A stretch of DNA of 52,814 nt from the IMG/VR virus record IMGVR_UViG_3300029825_000539, positions 1 to 52,814 of that record. One strand, 5' to 3'. Numbering within the stretch: position 1 is the stretch's first letter; each line of letters opens with the position of its first letter. Positions 27,964-35,954 of the stretch are shown one piece after another. A program made the position numbers and the translations under genes. The notes below the pieces were generated by a model. That model ran no database searches, had not been told where the DNA came from, and was given only the letters and a program-made list of their open reading frames with translations. The DNA comes from a virus (Duplodnaviria; Caudoviricetes).

Positions 27964-29400
27964 CTAAACACCTTCCTTCAAGTCATCTATTTCTTTTATT
28001 TCGGATTTCTTTGCGTACTTCACACCGTCGTAACTTCTCCGATAGATGAAAGCATCTACAAAGTTATTATCTTTTTGCCGATCTAGCTCCTTTTTAAAGC
28101 TAGCGACAAGATCTTCTTTCCTGTTGAGACATTTGATTATTCTCTCGTCTAATGTGTTGCTTGCACATATATCAACAATATGCACGTTTTTATCTTGGCC
28201 AATACGGTGTACTCTGTCTTCTGATTGGCCTCTTGTAGCGTAGTCCCAGTCATTAGAATAATAGATTACATAGCTGCAGAATTGCAAATCAAGCCCATAT
28301 CCAGCACATGTCTTGTTCGCTACGAAAAACTTGGCACTATCTTTAAACTCAAGTATGTTAACCTGACGCTTTTTTTGATTAAGTTCGCCGCAAAAAGCAA
28401 CTGCTGATCCTTCACCATATCTATTATTAGCAATCTCGACAATATCAAGAATCTCCTTCGTGTACTTGCAGAATATTATTACTTTCTCGTCTAAATTGTC
28501 TAATATCTCAAATAGTGTCTGCATACGGGGATTGTCCATTGGGTTTTTAAATAAAGGTTTTCTGGTTAGCTTGTCGCCAACTTTAACTCTAAACCCGCTT
28601 ATTACACTTTCTAACCCGCTAAATAGTCTGTATATTGTATGTGGCTCAAGCTCATCAACCTCAAATAAAAGCTGCTCTGCTACATAATCGTAATGCTCAA
28701 GTTGCTCTTTTGTCATAGAGTAGTAATAATTGCTATATGTTTTATCTGGCAGGTCAAGACATTCTGATTTTTTAACTTGATATGTGTAAGGGGCGATCTT
28801 TCTTACTAAGTAATCTACATTTAAACAGCGTACAATCTTTCCTTTGACTCTCTCGTCATACTCCAAGTGATTAGCAGCAAAGCTCCAAAAGCTTCTATAG
28901 CCAAGAATACGCCAGTCGAGAATATACCATTGAGCAAATAGATCCTTCTCACATTTGCTGATAGGTGTCCCGTTCAGAATGAGTTTATACTTGCAAGATT
29001 CGCTTAAGCGTATTATATTTTGCGTACGTTTGGCTTTATGGTTTTTAACTAAGTTGCTCTCGTCTACAATCAAGTAAACACTTTTCTGCTCAACTAGCTC
29101 AAGTAGAGCAATGTTAGCTCTTATACTACTTGAAAGAGTTTCAATACCACAAATAGTAAACATAGATAGATCACCGCTAGCATGCTTCTTAATATCTCTC
29201 TTCAGGCTTTCTTTGACACTGCAGGGGCAAAGCCACAGTACGTGGTTAACTTTGCCCTCATCTAGTCTCTTTTTGATTAATTCAAGTGCAGTTCTGGTTT
29301 TGCCGGTGCCCATCTCCATGTATAGGGCTCCGACTTTTACATTAGAAAGCTTGTCTACTGCTTTAATTTGATGTTCGTACAAGCTGGTGTTTAGCTGCAT
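27964..29400 (-). CDS. SNF2-family helicase/ATPase
   Basis: MEMGTGKT, LIVDESN, LNGTP, GYGLDLQ, QSEDRVHRIGQ. Confidence 0.9.
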   Translation of the reverse strand: MQLNTSLYEHQIKAVDKLSNVKVGALYMEMGTGKTRTALELIKKRLDEGKVNHVLWLCPCSVKESLKRDIKKHASGDLSMFTICGIETLSSSIRANIALLELVEQKSVYLIVDESNLVKNHKAKRTQNIIRLSESCKYKLILNGTPISKCEKDLFAQWYILDWRILGYRSFWSFAANHLEYDERVKGKIVRCLNVDYLVRKIAPYTYQVKKSECLDLPDKTYSNYYYSMTKEQLEHYDYVAEQLLFEVDELEPHTIYRLFSGLESVISGFRVKVGDKLTRKPLFKNPMDNPRMQTLFEILDNLDEKVIIFCKYTKEILDIVEIANNRYGEGSAVAFCGELNQKKRQVNILEFKDSAKFFVANKTCAGYGLDLQFCSYVIYYSNDWDYATRGQSEDRVHRIGQDKNVHIVDICASNTLDERIIKCLNRKEDLVASFKKELDRQKDNNFVDAFIYRRSYDGVKYAKKSEIKEIDDLKEGV

Positions 29401-29412
29401 AAATTAGCCTCC

Positions 29413-30585
29413 TCAATCATCTTTTAAATCTGCCAGTATATCTGAACTGCTATCTAGTATCTCTTTTAGACCATCTTTCCGCTCTTTATCAGCTACCTCT
29501 TTAATTGCAATAGCCTCTATATTAGATATAGCTGCTTTATGTTCTTCTATAAATGCCATTGCTTTTTCGGTGAACTTAAACCCCTCAAGTTCAGCAAAGT
29601 CTATTATCTCTTTATAGTGCTCAACTCTTACAACTACTCCTTTTTTCTCCCTGTCCCACTTGCTCCCAGGTAGGCTTCTAGCTCTATCATAAAGTCCTTC
29701 GATATTCTCGTACTCGTGCCATGCGATAATTAGGCTATCTTTATCATTCCTATATATCCAGCGTTTACATTCCTGTTCATAAACGCCTTTGACAGCATTA
29801 CCAGCAATTTGGGGATCGTAAATTATAACAGGAAAGCCTGCGTTAAGCAACTTGTTGCCAAGCTCAGCAGCCCTATCTTTGTTTAAACCAGTGATTTCGC
29901 TTATATTTCTGTACCATTTGCTGCCATCCCACTTGTAGCCAAGCGATTTTACTACATCGATAAAATCTTTATTTTTCTCGTATAAAGCATAAACAGAGTC
30001 TTCTTTGATTATTATTTCGGCAGGGACATTGTAATTTGCTTTTTCTGGATAAAGAGTAGATTCTTTTTTAGCTTCTTGCTCTTGTTTTTTTTCAAGCTCA
30101 TCAATTGCTATTTCATCCTCTGTCTTAAACGCTTCCTCTGCCTCGTTGGCAATGATTCTGAAGATACTTTCATCTCTATTGTCAATATAATATTTAGCTT
30201 CTGTACGATTTACGAGAATGAAGTCTAAAACTTCTTTAACGTCTTGGTATGCCAAGTTTTCAAGAACATCTGCTTTTTCATATCCACTACTTTGCAATTC
30301 CAATCTAGTGTAGTTATACTGTTCCTCTTGCATTCTTTCGATTTTCTGCACAAGCTTTACTCTTAGCGTGTTTGCCCATGCTACTTGCTTTTCGGTCCCC
30401 GATAGTTCTGGCAGATCTCTTTCGGTTATAATTCTTTCTACTTCTTCTTGTTTTTTTAACGCATAACAATCACTGCATAAACTGTTAAAATAGCTATCTG
30501 CTTTCCATTGACGGTCTTTTGTTGGTCCAATTATGTTTACTCTACCTTCATGTCCACAACTATATGTCCCGTAATACCAAGCCAT
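29413..30585 (-). CDS. Conserved phage protein with N-terminal Cys/His knuckle, partner of the SNF2 gene
   Basis: GAGGTG RBS before MAWYY; SCGH...CSDC, LPELSGTEKQVAWA, repeated GYKWD/GSKWD units. Confidence 0.7.
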   Translation of the reverse strand: MAWYYGTYSCGHEGRVNIIGPTKDRQWKADSYFNSLCSDCYALKKQEEVERIITERDLPELSGTEKQVAWANTLRVKLVQKIERMQEEQYNYTRLELQSSGYEKADVLENLAYQDVKEVLDFILVNRTEAKYYIDNRDESIFRIIANEAEEAFKTEDEIAIDELEKKQEQEAKKESTLYPEKANYNVPAEIIIKEDSVYALYEKNKDFIDVVKSLGYKWDGSKWYRNISEITGLNKDRAAELGNKLLNAGFPVIIYDPQIAGNAVKGVYEQECKRWIYRNDKDSLIIAWHEYENIEGLYDRARSLPGSKWDREKKGVVVRVEHYKEIIDFAELEGFKFTEKAMAFIEEHKAAISNIEAIAIKEVADKERKDGLKEILDSSSDILADLKDD

Positions 30586-30658
30586 ATTTATCACCTCGTA
30601 ATATATTGGAATCCAATAGCGCTTTATTAAAGCGGGCCTCTGCCCGCACATTAATCTA

Positions 30659-31105
30659 TTATGATTCTTCTAACTCATATTCATCTGGCTCGTAACTAGG
30701 GCTATTACTAACGATATCTTGGCTATTATCGTCAAACTTGCCATAAGGGAATTTGCTACTGTGAGTTACATTCCATTCTCCATACTCCACCCAAGCACAC
30801 CAAATCCCGCCTGCGTCGCTAAGTTCCATCTGCTGACCTTCCTCTACCCTATAGAGAAAGCCTTCTTTATCAGCGTAAACTGGCATCTCTGCAATATGTC
30901 CAATCGAAGCTCCGTCATAGAAACTTCTCTCTACCTCATATACAGGTAGCAAATTAGCTATCTTGCACGCCTCCTCATAGCGTGTCAACAAGTACATTCT
31001 TAATGCCTTCTCCGCTACTTTGCTCTTAGTAGTCTTAGACGCACTAGCTACTAGTGTCAACGCTACATCTACATTATCGGGAAAACTCAAGTTAGGTCTC
31101 CTCAT
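30659..31105 (-). CDS. Protein with N-terminal ribbon-helix-helix domain and acidic C-terminal domain
   Basis: MRRPNLSFPD...TKSKVAEKALRMYL. Confidence 0.65.
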   Translation of the reverse strand: MRRPNLSFPDNVDVALTLVASASKTTKSKVAEKALRMYLLTRYEEACKIANLLPVYEVERSFYDGASIGHIAEMPVYADKEGFLYRVEEGQQMELSDAGGIWCAWVEYGEWNVTHSSKFPYGKFDDNSQDIVSNSPSYEPDEYELEES

Positions 31106-31144
31106 ATCTTTGCCTCCTAAAGAGGGCGCGCTAGGCCCCTCGGT

Positions 31145-31873
31145 TTAGTATGTGTGTACTCGTTCTTCTTTGGTTGTACCGTCTGGCATTGCATAACCAA
31201 TAATTAAGTCCAAGGTGCAGTCTGCTAGATGGTCGTTGCATTCTTCGCTAAAACGGTATAACTCAACAGGTTTTCCGGTTATCTTTGCTTCGTCAAACTT
31301 AGCTTGCTTCTCAGTTTCTTTCTCAGCTTTAGCTTTTGCCCTCTCTTCTAAAGCTGGCTTTGCGTATTCTTCAGCTTGCTGGTAGGTGAACTCTTCGCCT
31401 AGAACTTCTACTGCGTCGTCATTAACACTTATCCCCCAGCCACTGACTTTGTGAGCCAAGCCTAACTCCACGAGTAGGTCTGCTGCCTTTTCGTTGTATA
31501 TTTTCCAGCCGCTTAGGTATTCACCATCGTGGTAGACTACTTTGATTAGGGTCTTGCCGGTCATTAGGTTATTGAGTTCTTCTTTGTCTTTGCGTTCTTT
31601 CTCTGCATAGTATTCTTGCTTTAGTTTACCCTCTAGTTCTTTTAACTCTGTTAAGAAAGGTTCTGGTACCTTTAGTCCTTTAAGGTCTTTACCATTTGCT
31701 GTAAACTCAAATCTCATTACATCTTTATAACCGTCAAACTTTGCGCCGTAGAAGAAACCGTCGTTAATCTTGTTTTCTTCAACACCAACCACCTTATACT
31801 CTGCCTCTAGAATGTACGGATGCCACTCGAAGTTACGGAACTCAAATATAAAGCCACCCTTTTCGATTCTCAT
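31145..31873 (-). CDS. Hypothetical protein, first gene of the reverse operon
   Basis: AGGAG RBS; C-terminal CND...C...YAMPDG motif. Confidence 0.75.
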   Translation of the reverse strand: MRIEKGGFIFEFRNFEWHPYILEAEYKVVGVEENKINDGFFYGAKFDGYKDVMRFEFTANGKDLKGLKVPEPFLTELKELEGKLKQEYYAEKERKDKEELNNLMTGKTLIKVVYHDGEYLSGWKIYNEKAADLLVELGLAHKVSGWGISVNDDAVEVLGEEFTYQQAEEYAKPALEERAKAKAEKETEKQAKFDEAKITGKPVELYRFSEECNDHLADCTLDLIIGYAMPDGTTKEERVHTY

Positions 31874-31914
31874 TTTAATTGTCTCCTTTTATGTACTTCG
31901 CTCTTTCTAGCTTA

Positions 31915-31957
31915 AGTATAGCCCAATGTGTTTTATATGTCAACATAAAAAACATAT
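31915..31957 (-). promoter_or_regulatory. SigmaA promoter TTGACA-17-TATACT with an inverted-repeat operator over the -35
   Basis: -35 at 31938-31943, -10 at 31915-31920; ATGTGTTTTATATG-TCAA-CATAAAAAACATAT. Confidence 0.75.
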
Positions 31958-32172
31958 ATTAAGGAGTATGGAATAACTATATAAAAGAAAAACGCCTAAA
32001 AAGCGTACAAGAGGATTAATTCATTCCTTTATTATATATACTTATATTGGGCCTAGCACAAAAAAGTCTCATTTATGTAAACAAAAGTTGAAAATATGAT
32101 TACTTTTATTTACAATTTGGAAGGAAAAGATGATAATATGTATAATCTACTAGTTAAAGTGGTATAATCTAA

Positions 32173-32276
32173 GTGAGAGCAGAGGAGCGCTAACTCCTCT
32201 GGGGCCCGCAGTGCTCTCTCTAACGCTGATAGATTATGAATAGCCCTTTCGCAATAAGCGGAGGGGTTTATTCTTT
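32173..32276 (+). ncRNA. Candidate type I antitoxin sRNA
   Basis: Extended -10 TGGTATAAT at 32160-32168; hairpin AGAGGAG-CGCTAA-CTCCTCT; terminator overlapping the toxin stop. Confidence 0.55.
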
Positions 32277-32366
32277 AAATGCTCTGACGAGATTGGCTGC
32301 TTGTTTTAAGATATTTGCTAGTGAATACATAAGTATTGCTTCAGCAATAACTTTAAACGTTTCCAT
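32268..32366 (-). CDS. 32-aa amphipathic peptide METFKVIAEAILMYSLANILKQAANLVRAFKE, candidate type I toxin
   Basis: GGGAGG RBS, structured 5' UTR, TGATATAAT promoter upstream; below the ORF-track cutoff. Confidence 0.65.
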   Translation of the reverse strand: METFKVIAEAILMYSLANILKQAANLVRAFKE

Positions 32367-32576
32367 ATTATCAGCCTCCCTTCCTGTATGAATACAGGCC
32401 CTGTATTCCAGGAAGGTTTAGACAGATACCAACTCTCACAGTTTATATTATATCAAATTTAATAAGACAAGCAATCAAAAAACGATGATTTATGCAATTG
32501 TAACGTATTGTCCTAACAGTTAACATTCCCACATAATAAAAGTTATTTATTTGTTTGAAAGTAAATAATAAAACGT

Positions 32577-33359
32577 TTAGCTAGCAATGCTTATTTTACC
32601 ATTCCAATATTTTTTGATAAGTTCCAGGTAGTTGTTGACCAGCAGTAAGCTATTCTGTTTGTTACCAGCTTTAATCATCAACACACCATTATCTATCAAA
32701 GCCCTTGCTGGTTCTAGCAAGCAATAGTAAGTTGGTTTGCTGACCAAAGGTTTTATTTGTTCTTTTATATGCTCCCATTCTTTGCAAGGCTTGTCTTCTT
32801 TATCAGCAAAAGCCTGCACTGCTCCTGAAAAATACATATTACGCAACACAGTACAGAAGTACCCTACAGCTGAGTGTACTTTACCTGTTTTAATTCTGGA
32901 CCTGGTTACAAAACAAGCTTCAAAGGCAGCATCTGGACAGAAAGTATTGCTACCAATAGCACGATAGAAAGCCTCTTCTATTCTAGCAGGGCTAACCTTA
33001 AGAAGTGACGCCAATTTTTTAGCAGTGTTTTGTATTTCGACAACTTCGTCGTTAGATCTAGATATATATATATGCTGATCTTGTATTTTAAAGTCTTTTA
33101 AATCTGGCGACATTGCTGTCGCTTGTGATATATCAGCGACATTATCGACATCAGAAGCATAGTAAAAACCGTTATTGCTATATGCTAACCCTAAGTCAGC
33201 AAGTATCTTAAAATTCCGTTCTACTGTTCTTTGTGTAGCATTAATGCGAGTAGCTAGTTCTTCTTTACCGTTACAGCCATTTGCTATGAGCAGGTAAAGA
33301 TATCCTACCTGGGGTGTAACTTTGCCACTAGAAACATAAGAATCGATAATTTTAAACAC
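32577..33359 (-). CDS. Plasmid-type replication initiator (N-terminal winged HTH, C-terminal DnaA-N-like domain)
   Basis: KEELATRINATQRTVERNFKIL HTH; WEHIKEQIK...SKPTY...NNYLELIK tail; AAGGAGG RBS. Confidence 0.65.
   Translation of the reverse strand: MFKIIDSYVSSGKVTPQVGYLYLLIANGCNGKEELATRINATQRTVERNFKILADLGLAYSNNGFYYASDVDNVADISQATAMSPDLKDFKIQDQHIYISRSNDEVVEIQNTAKKLASLLKVSPARIEEAFYRAIGSNTFCPDAAFEACFVTRSRIKTGKVHSAVGYFCTVLRNMYFSGAVQAFADKEDKPCKEWEHIKEQIKPLVSKPTYYCLLEPARALIDNGVLMIKAGNKQNSLLLVNNYLELIKKYWNGKISIAS
33107..33150. repeat. GCGACA repeats/palindrome inside rep (candidate Rep-binding origin)
   Basis: GCGACA-TTGC-TGTCGC, GCGACATT, TCGACA; (AT)n run near 33062-33073; another GCGACATT at 33762. 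Confidence 0.45.
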
Positions 33360-33405
33360 ATCAAATACCTCCTTGATTTCTACCTGGTATTTGATATACT
33401 ATTAA

Positions 33406-33465
33406 TGCATGTGTTGCAGTATATCAACACCAGAGCTCCGTGTTAGCGCACGGGGCTTTTTCTTT
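33406..33465 (+). ncRNA. Countertranscript (antisense) RNA to the rep leader
   Basis: TTGATT-16-TATACT with extended TG; hairpin GTGTTG/CAACAC; terminator GCTCCGTG-TTAGCG-CACGGGGC-TTTTT. Confidence 0.6.
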
Positions 33466-33514
33466 ATTTAAAGATATCTTTAAATTTAAACAAGATCAAT
33501 ACATTGTACTTAAC

Positions 33515-33731
33515 TAATCTATAATCTAAAATCGTTAATATATATTCTTTAATCTGAAATATAGATTACAGAATACAAAATCATTAATCTGGAATAGGGA
33601 ATAAGTAATAAGCAATCTATAATCTGGAATAATGATTAAAGAATAAGTAATCAAGATTATAGAATCTGTAATAAAGAATAAGTAATCTATAATCTAGATT
33701 ACATAATCTGTAATATGTAATCTAGAATCAC
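33515..33731. repeat. Array of 31 contiguous degenerate heptamers (consensus near TAATCTA), candidate centromere
   Basis: 217 bp parse into 7-mers with invariant A at position 2 and T at position 4. Confidence 0.85.
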
Positions 33732-33732
33732 T

Positions 33733-33741
33733 TTATCCACA
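33733..33741 (+). promoter_or_regulatory. Perfect DnaA box TTATCCACA
   Basis: Exact consensus, abutting the heptamer array. Confidence 0.6.
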
Positions 33742-33768
33742 GGCAAAAGAGACCGTACAGAGCGACAT

Positions 33769-34338
33769 TTATTTTTCGCCCCGCACGGTCTCTATAGCTA
33801 GTTTTAATATTTTTCTGCAGAAAGCTTCTTGATCATCAACAAGTTTAGCTAAATCATCTTCCCATCCAGAAGGTAATTGCTCAAGAACTTCTCCAAGAAC
33901 AATCATTGCTATGTTCCATATCTGACCAGTTATTATTTTGGGTCTCCATGTATCTCCCTCTATAGATAAAACTAGTTTTTGTAAAACTTTTTCCGAACCT
34001 ACTGAAACTCCATGTGAAGTTTTTACCCAATTGGGAGATCGTGTATTAAGATCTGTTATTAAGTGAGGTATTGGCGCAAGCTCTCTTTTATCAGTTACTC
34101 TTTTTTCTTCAGTTTTGTCTTTATCGTTATTTACTGAAGTATCCAAGTTGTCGGTTTTTTTGGTTTCGCTTTTTTCTTCTGCAATGTCAGAAATGGTATT
34201 AGAGTCCAATAAATCATCGGGGAATTTAGCATCGTCAGGAATCATAGAAGATAGGCCTTTTTTCTTTATTTGTTTATCTTCTTCCTGAGCTGGTTTAGAA
34301 ATCAAATGTTCTACAACGTTTAGTGGTTTACGAGCCAT
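33769..34338 (-). CDS. Putative partition adaptor (non-canonical ParB, type Ib-like)
   Basis: Directly after parA; KKKGLSSMIP resembles a ParA-stimulating peptide; disordered linker; compact C-terminal domain. Confidence 0.55.
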   Translation of the reverse strand: MARKPLNVVEHLISKPAQEEDKQIKKKGLSSMIPDDAKFPDDLLDSNTISDIAEEKSETKKTDNLDTSVNNDKDKTEEKRVTDKRELAPIPHLITDLNTRSPNWVKTSHGVSVGSEKVLQKLVLSIEGDTWRPKIITGQIWNIAMIVLGEVLEQLPSGWEDDLAKLVDDQEAFCRKILKLAIETVRGEK

Positions 34339-34341
34339 TTA

Positions 34342-35130
34342 CTACACCGCCTTTTGTGCGGCTTCTTGAGCTATCAGCTCCTCTGCTAATGCTTTATATG
34401 CCCTAGCTCCAGAACAATCTGGATCGAAGAAGTTGATAGGTTTTCGTTCATTTTGAGCTTCGCCAATAGTTACGTTTTGCGGTATTTCTGTTTTATAAAT
34501 AGTAACTCCTCTATTGCCAAAGAAACCTTCTACTGACTGTCTGCAGACACGATCTAGGTTAGTACCTCTTGTCATCGTCAGGAAAACACCAGCTATTTGT
34601 AAATTAGGATTACATTCTCTTTTTAAATCAGCTACGTTATTAAATAATGTTCTCATTCCATCAATTGCCCACCGACCACTTTTTAACGGTACCATAACTT
34701 CTGTAGCAGCTACAATTGCATTTGTTGTAAGCATTAATAAATTAGGGGGACAATCTAGAAAGATGTATTCATAACGATCTTTGATGCTTTCTAGATGATT
34801 TTTTAATTGGTATTCTCTATTACGATAATTAATCATAGCTAATTCAATAACGGTAAGGTCTAGAGCAGATGGTATTAAGTCTACTCCAAAAGGGGTTGAG
34901 AGAATTGCACTTTCTATGCTGGTCTCAACATTTTTGTTTAATACTTCTACTAGGCTAACTTCAAGTTCAGCGGGGTTGATACCAAAACCAGATGTTGTGT
35001 TTGCTTGTGGGTCTACATCAACAACAGCAACTTTTTTACCAAGTTCTGCTAGAACACCAGGTAAATTAATAGATGTTGTACTTTTTGCTACACCACCTTT
35101 TTGGTTTACAACAGCAATTATCCTAGTCAT
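34342..35130 (-). CDS. parA: ParA/Soj-family partition ATPase
   Basis: NQKGGVAKST deviant Walker A, DVDPQAN, DCPP. Confidence 0.95.
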   Translation of the reverse strand: MTRIIAVVNQKGGVAKSTTSINLPGVLAELGKKVAVVDVDPQANTTSGFGINPAELEVSLVEVLNKNVETSIESAILSTPFGVDLIPSALDLTVIELAMINYRNREYQLKNHLESIKDRYEYIFLDCPPNLLMLTTNAIVAATEVMVPLKSGRWAIDGMRTLFNNVADLKRECNPNLQIAGVFLTMTRGTNLDRVCRQSVEGFFGNRGVTIYKTEIPQNVTIGEAQNERKPINFFDPDCSGARAYKALAEELIAQEAAQKAV

Positions 35131-35375
35131 TCTATTCCCCTCCATTCACGTCCTAATTCAGTAGCGATTTCTCTTAAAGTAAGCCTTTTTTCTTTTTGTA
35201 GACGGATAATGTCACGCATTATAATTACTGCATCATCGCGAAGTCTTGCGTGCCCGCCTTGTGTGTCTTCATGAGGTAGCAGACCAATTTTAATATAATA
35301 TCTTACTGTGCTAACTGGCATGTTGAATTTTTCAGCTATATCTTTAGGCTTTAATAGCTCGTCCAAGGCTATCAC
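35127..35375 (-). CDS. MerR-type HTH regulator coupled to parA
   Basis: DIAEKFNMPVSTVRYYIKIGLLP...LTLREIA. Confidence 0.8.
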   Translation of the reverse strand: MIALDELLKPKDIAEKFNMPVSTVRYYIKIGLLPHEDTQGGHARLRDDAVIIMRDIIRLQKEKRLTLREIATELGREWRGIE

Positions 35376-35505
35376 CTCAAATCTAAACTTCTACTTATAG
35401 ATTTAATTTCCTTCTGTAGATAAAAATATAAATCCAAATCATGGAATTTTGACTATTAATCCTCCAACATTTTTTAATTAATACCATTATTTTATAATAT
35501 TTTAC

Positions 35506-35534
35506 TTGACAAACCACACCAAATTGTGTATAAT
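35506..35534 (+). promoter_or_regulatory. Consensus sigmaA promoter TTGACA-17-TATAAT with extended -10
   Basis: Exact hexamers at 35506-35511 and 35529-35534. Confidence 0.85.
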
Positions 35535-35567
35535 ATAATTAGAGAGAGCAAGAACGGAGGCAATAAA

Positions 35568-35873
35568 TTGATAAAAGCAACATTCATAATTCCCAAAGCA
35601 GATAATAATGGTGTTCTTTTCCCAACAGGTCTAGTAGCTAAAATACAAATACAAATAATAGATATGTTCGGTGGTTACACACTTAGAGAAGCTACAGGAG
35701 CTTGGCAAGATGAAGATGGTAAGATTTATTACGATAATAATTGGGTCTTTGAAGTAAGCATGAAAAAAGACCAGGTGGCTACCCTGGTCGAGTGGTTAGA
35801 AAAGATAAAAGCAACGCTTGAGCAAGAAGCGATGTATTTAGAGCTTTCCGAGCCTCATATAAAATTTATTTAA
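35568..35873 (+). CDS. Candidate SAM lyase (T3 SAMase/PII-like, DUF3574-like fold)
   Basis: GGAGG RBS plus TTG start; FGGYT...TGAWQDEDG...D and LEQEAMYL motifs. Confidence 0.55.
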   Translation: MIKATFIIPKADNNGVLFPTGLVAKIQIQIIDMFGGYTLREATGAWQDEDGKIYYDNNWVFEVSMKKDQVATLVEWLEKIKATLEQEAMYLELSEPHIKFI

Positions 35874-35954
35874 GTACAGTATAGCACAAGGTCTAAGGAA
35901 ATACAAACGCTCTCTCTCCTTAGGCCTTCCTAAAAGAGAGCAGGAGGAGATAAT

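Noticed and set aside
33515-33731. Possible CRISPR or mini-array
   Set aside because: Units are contiguous 7-mers with no repeat-spacer alternation and no cas genes
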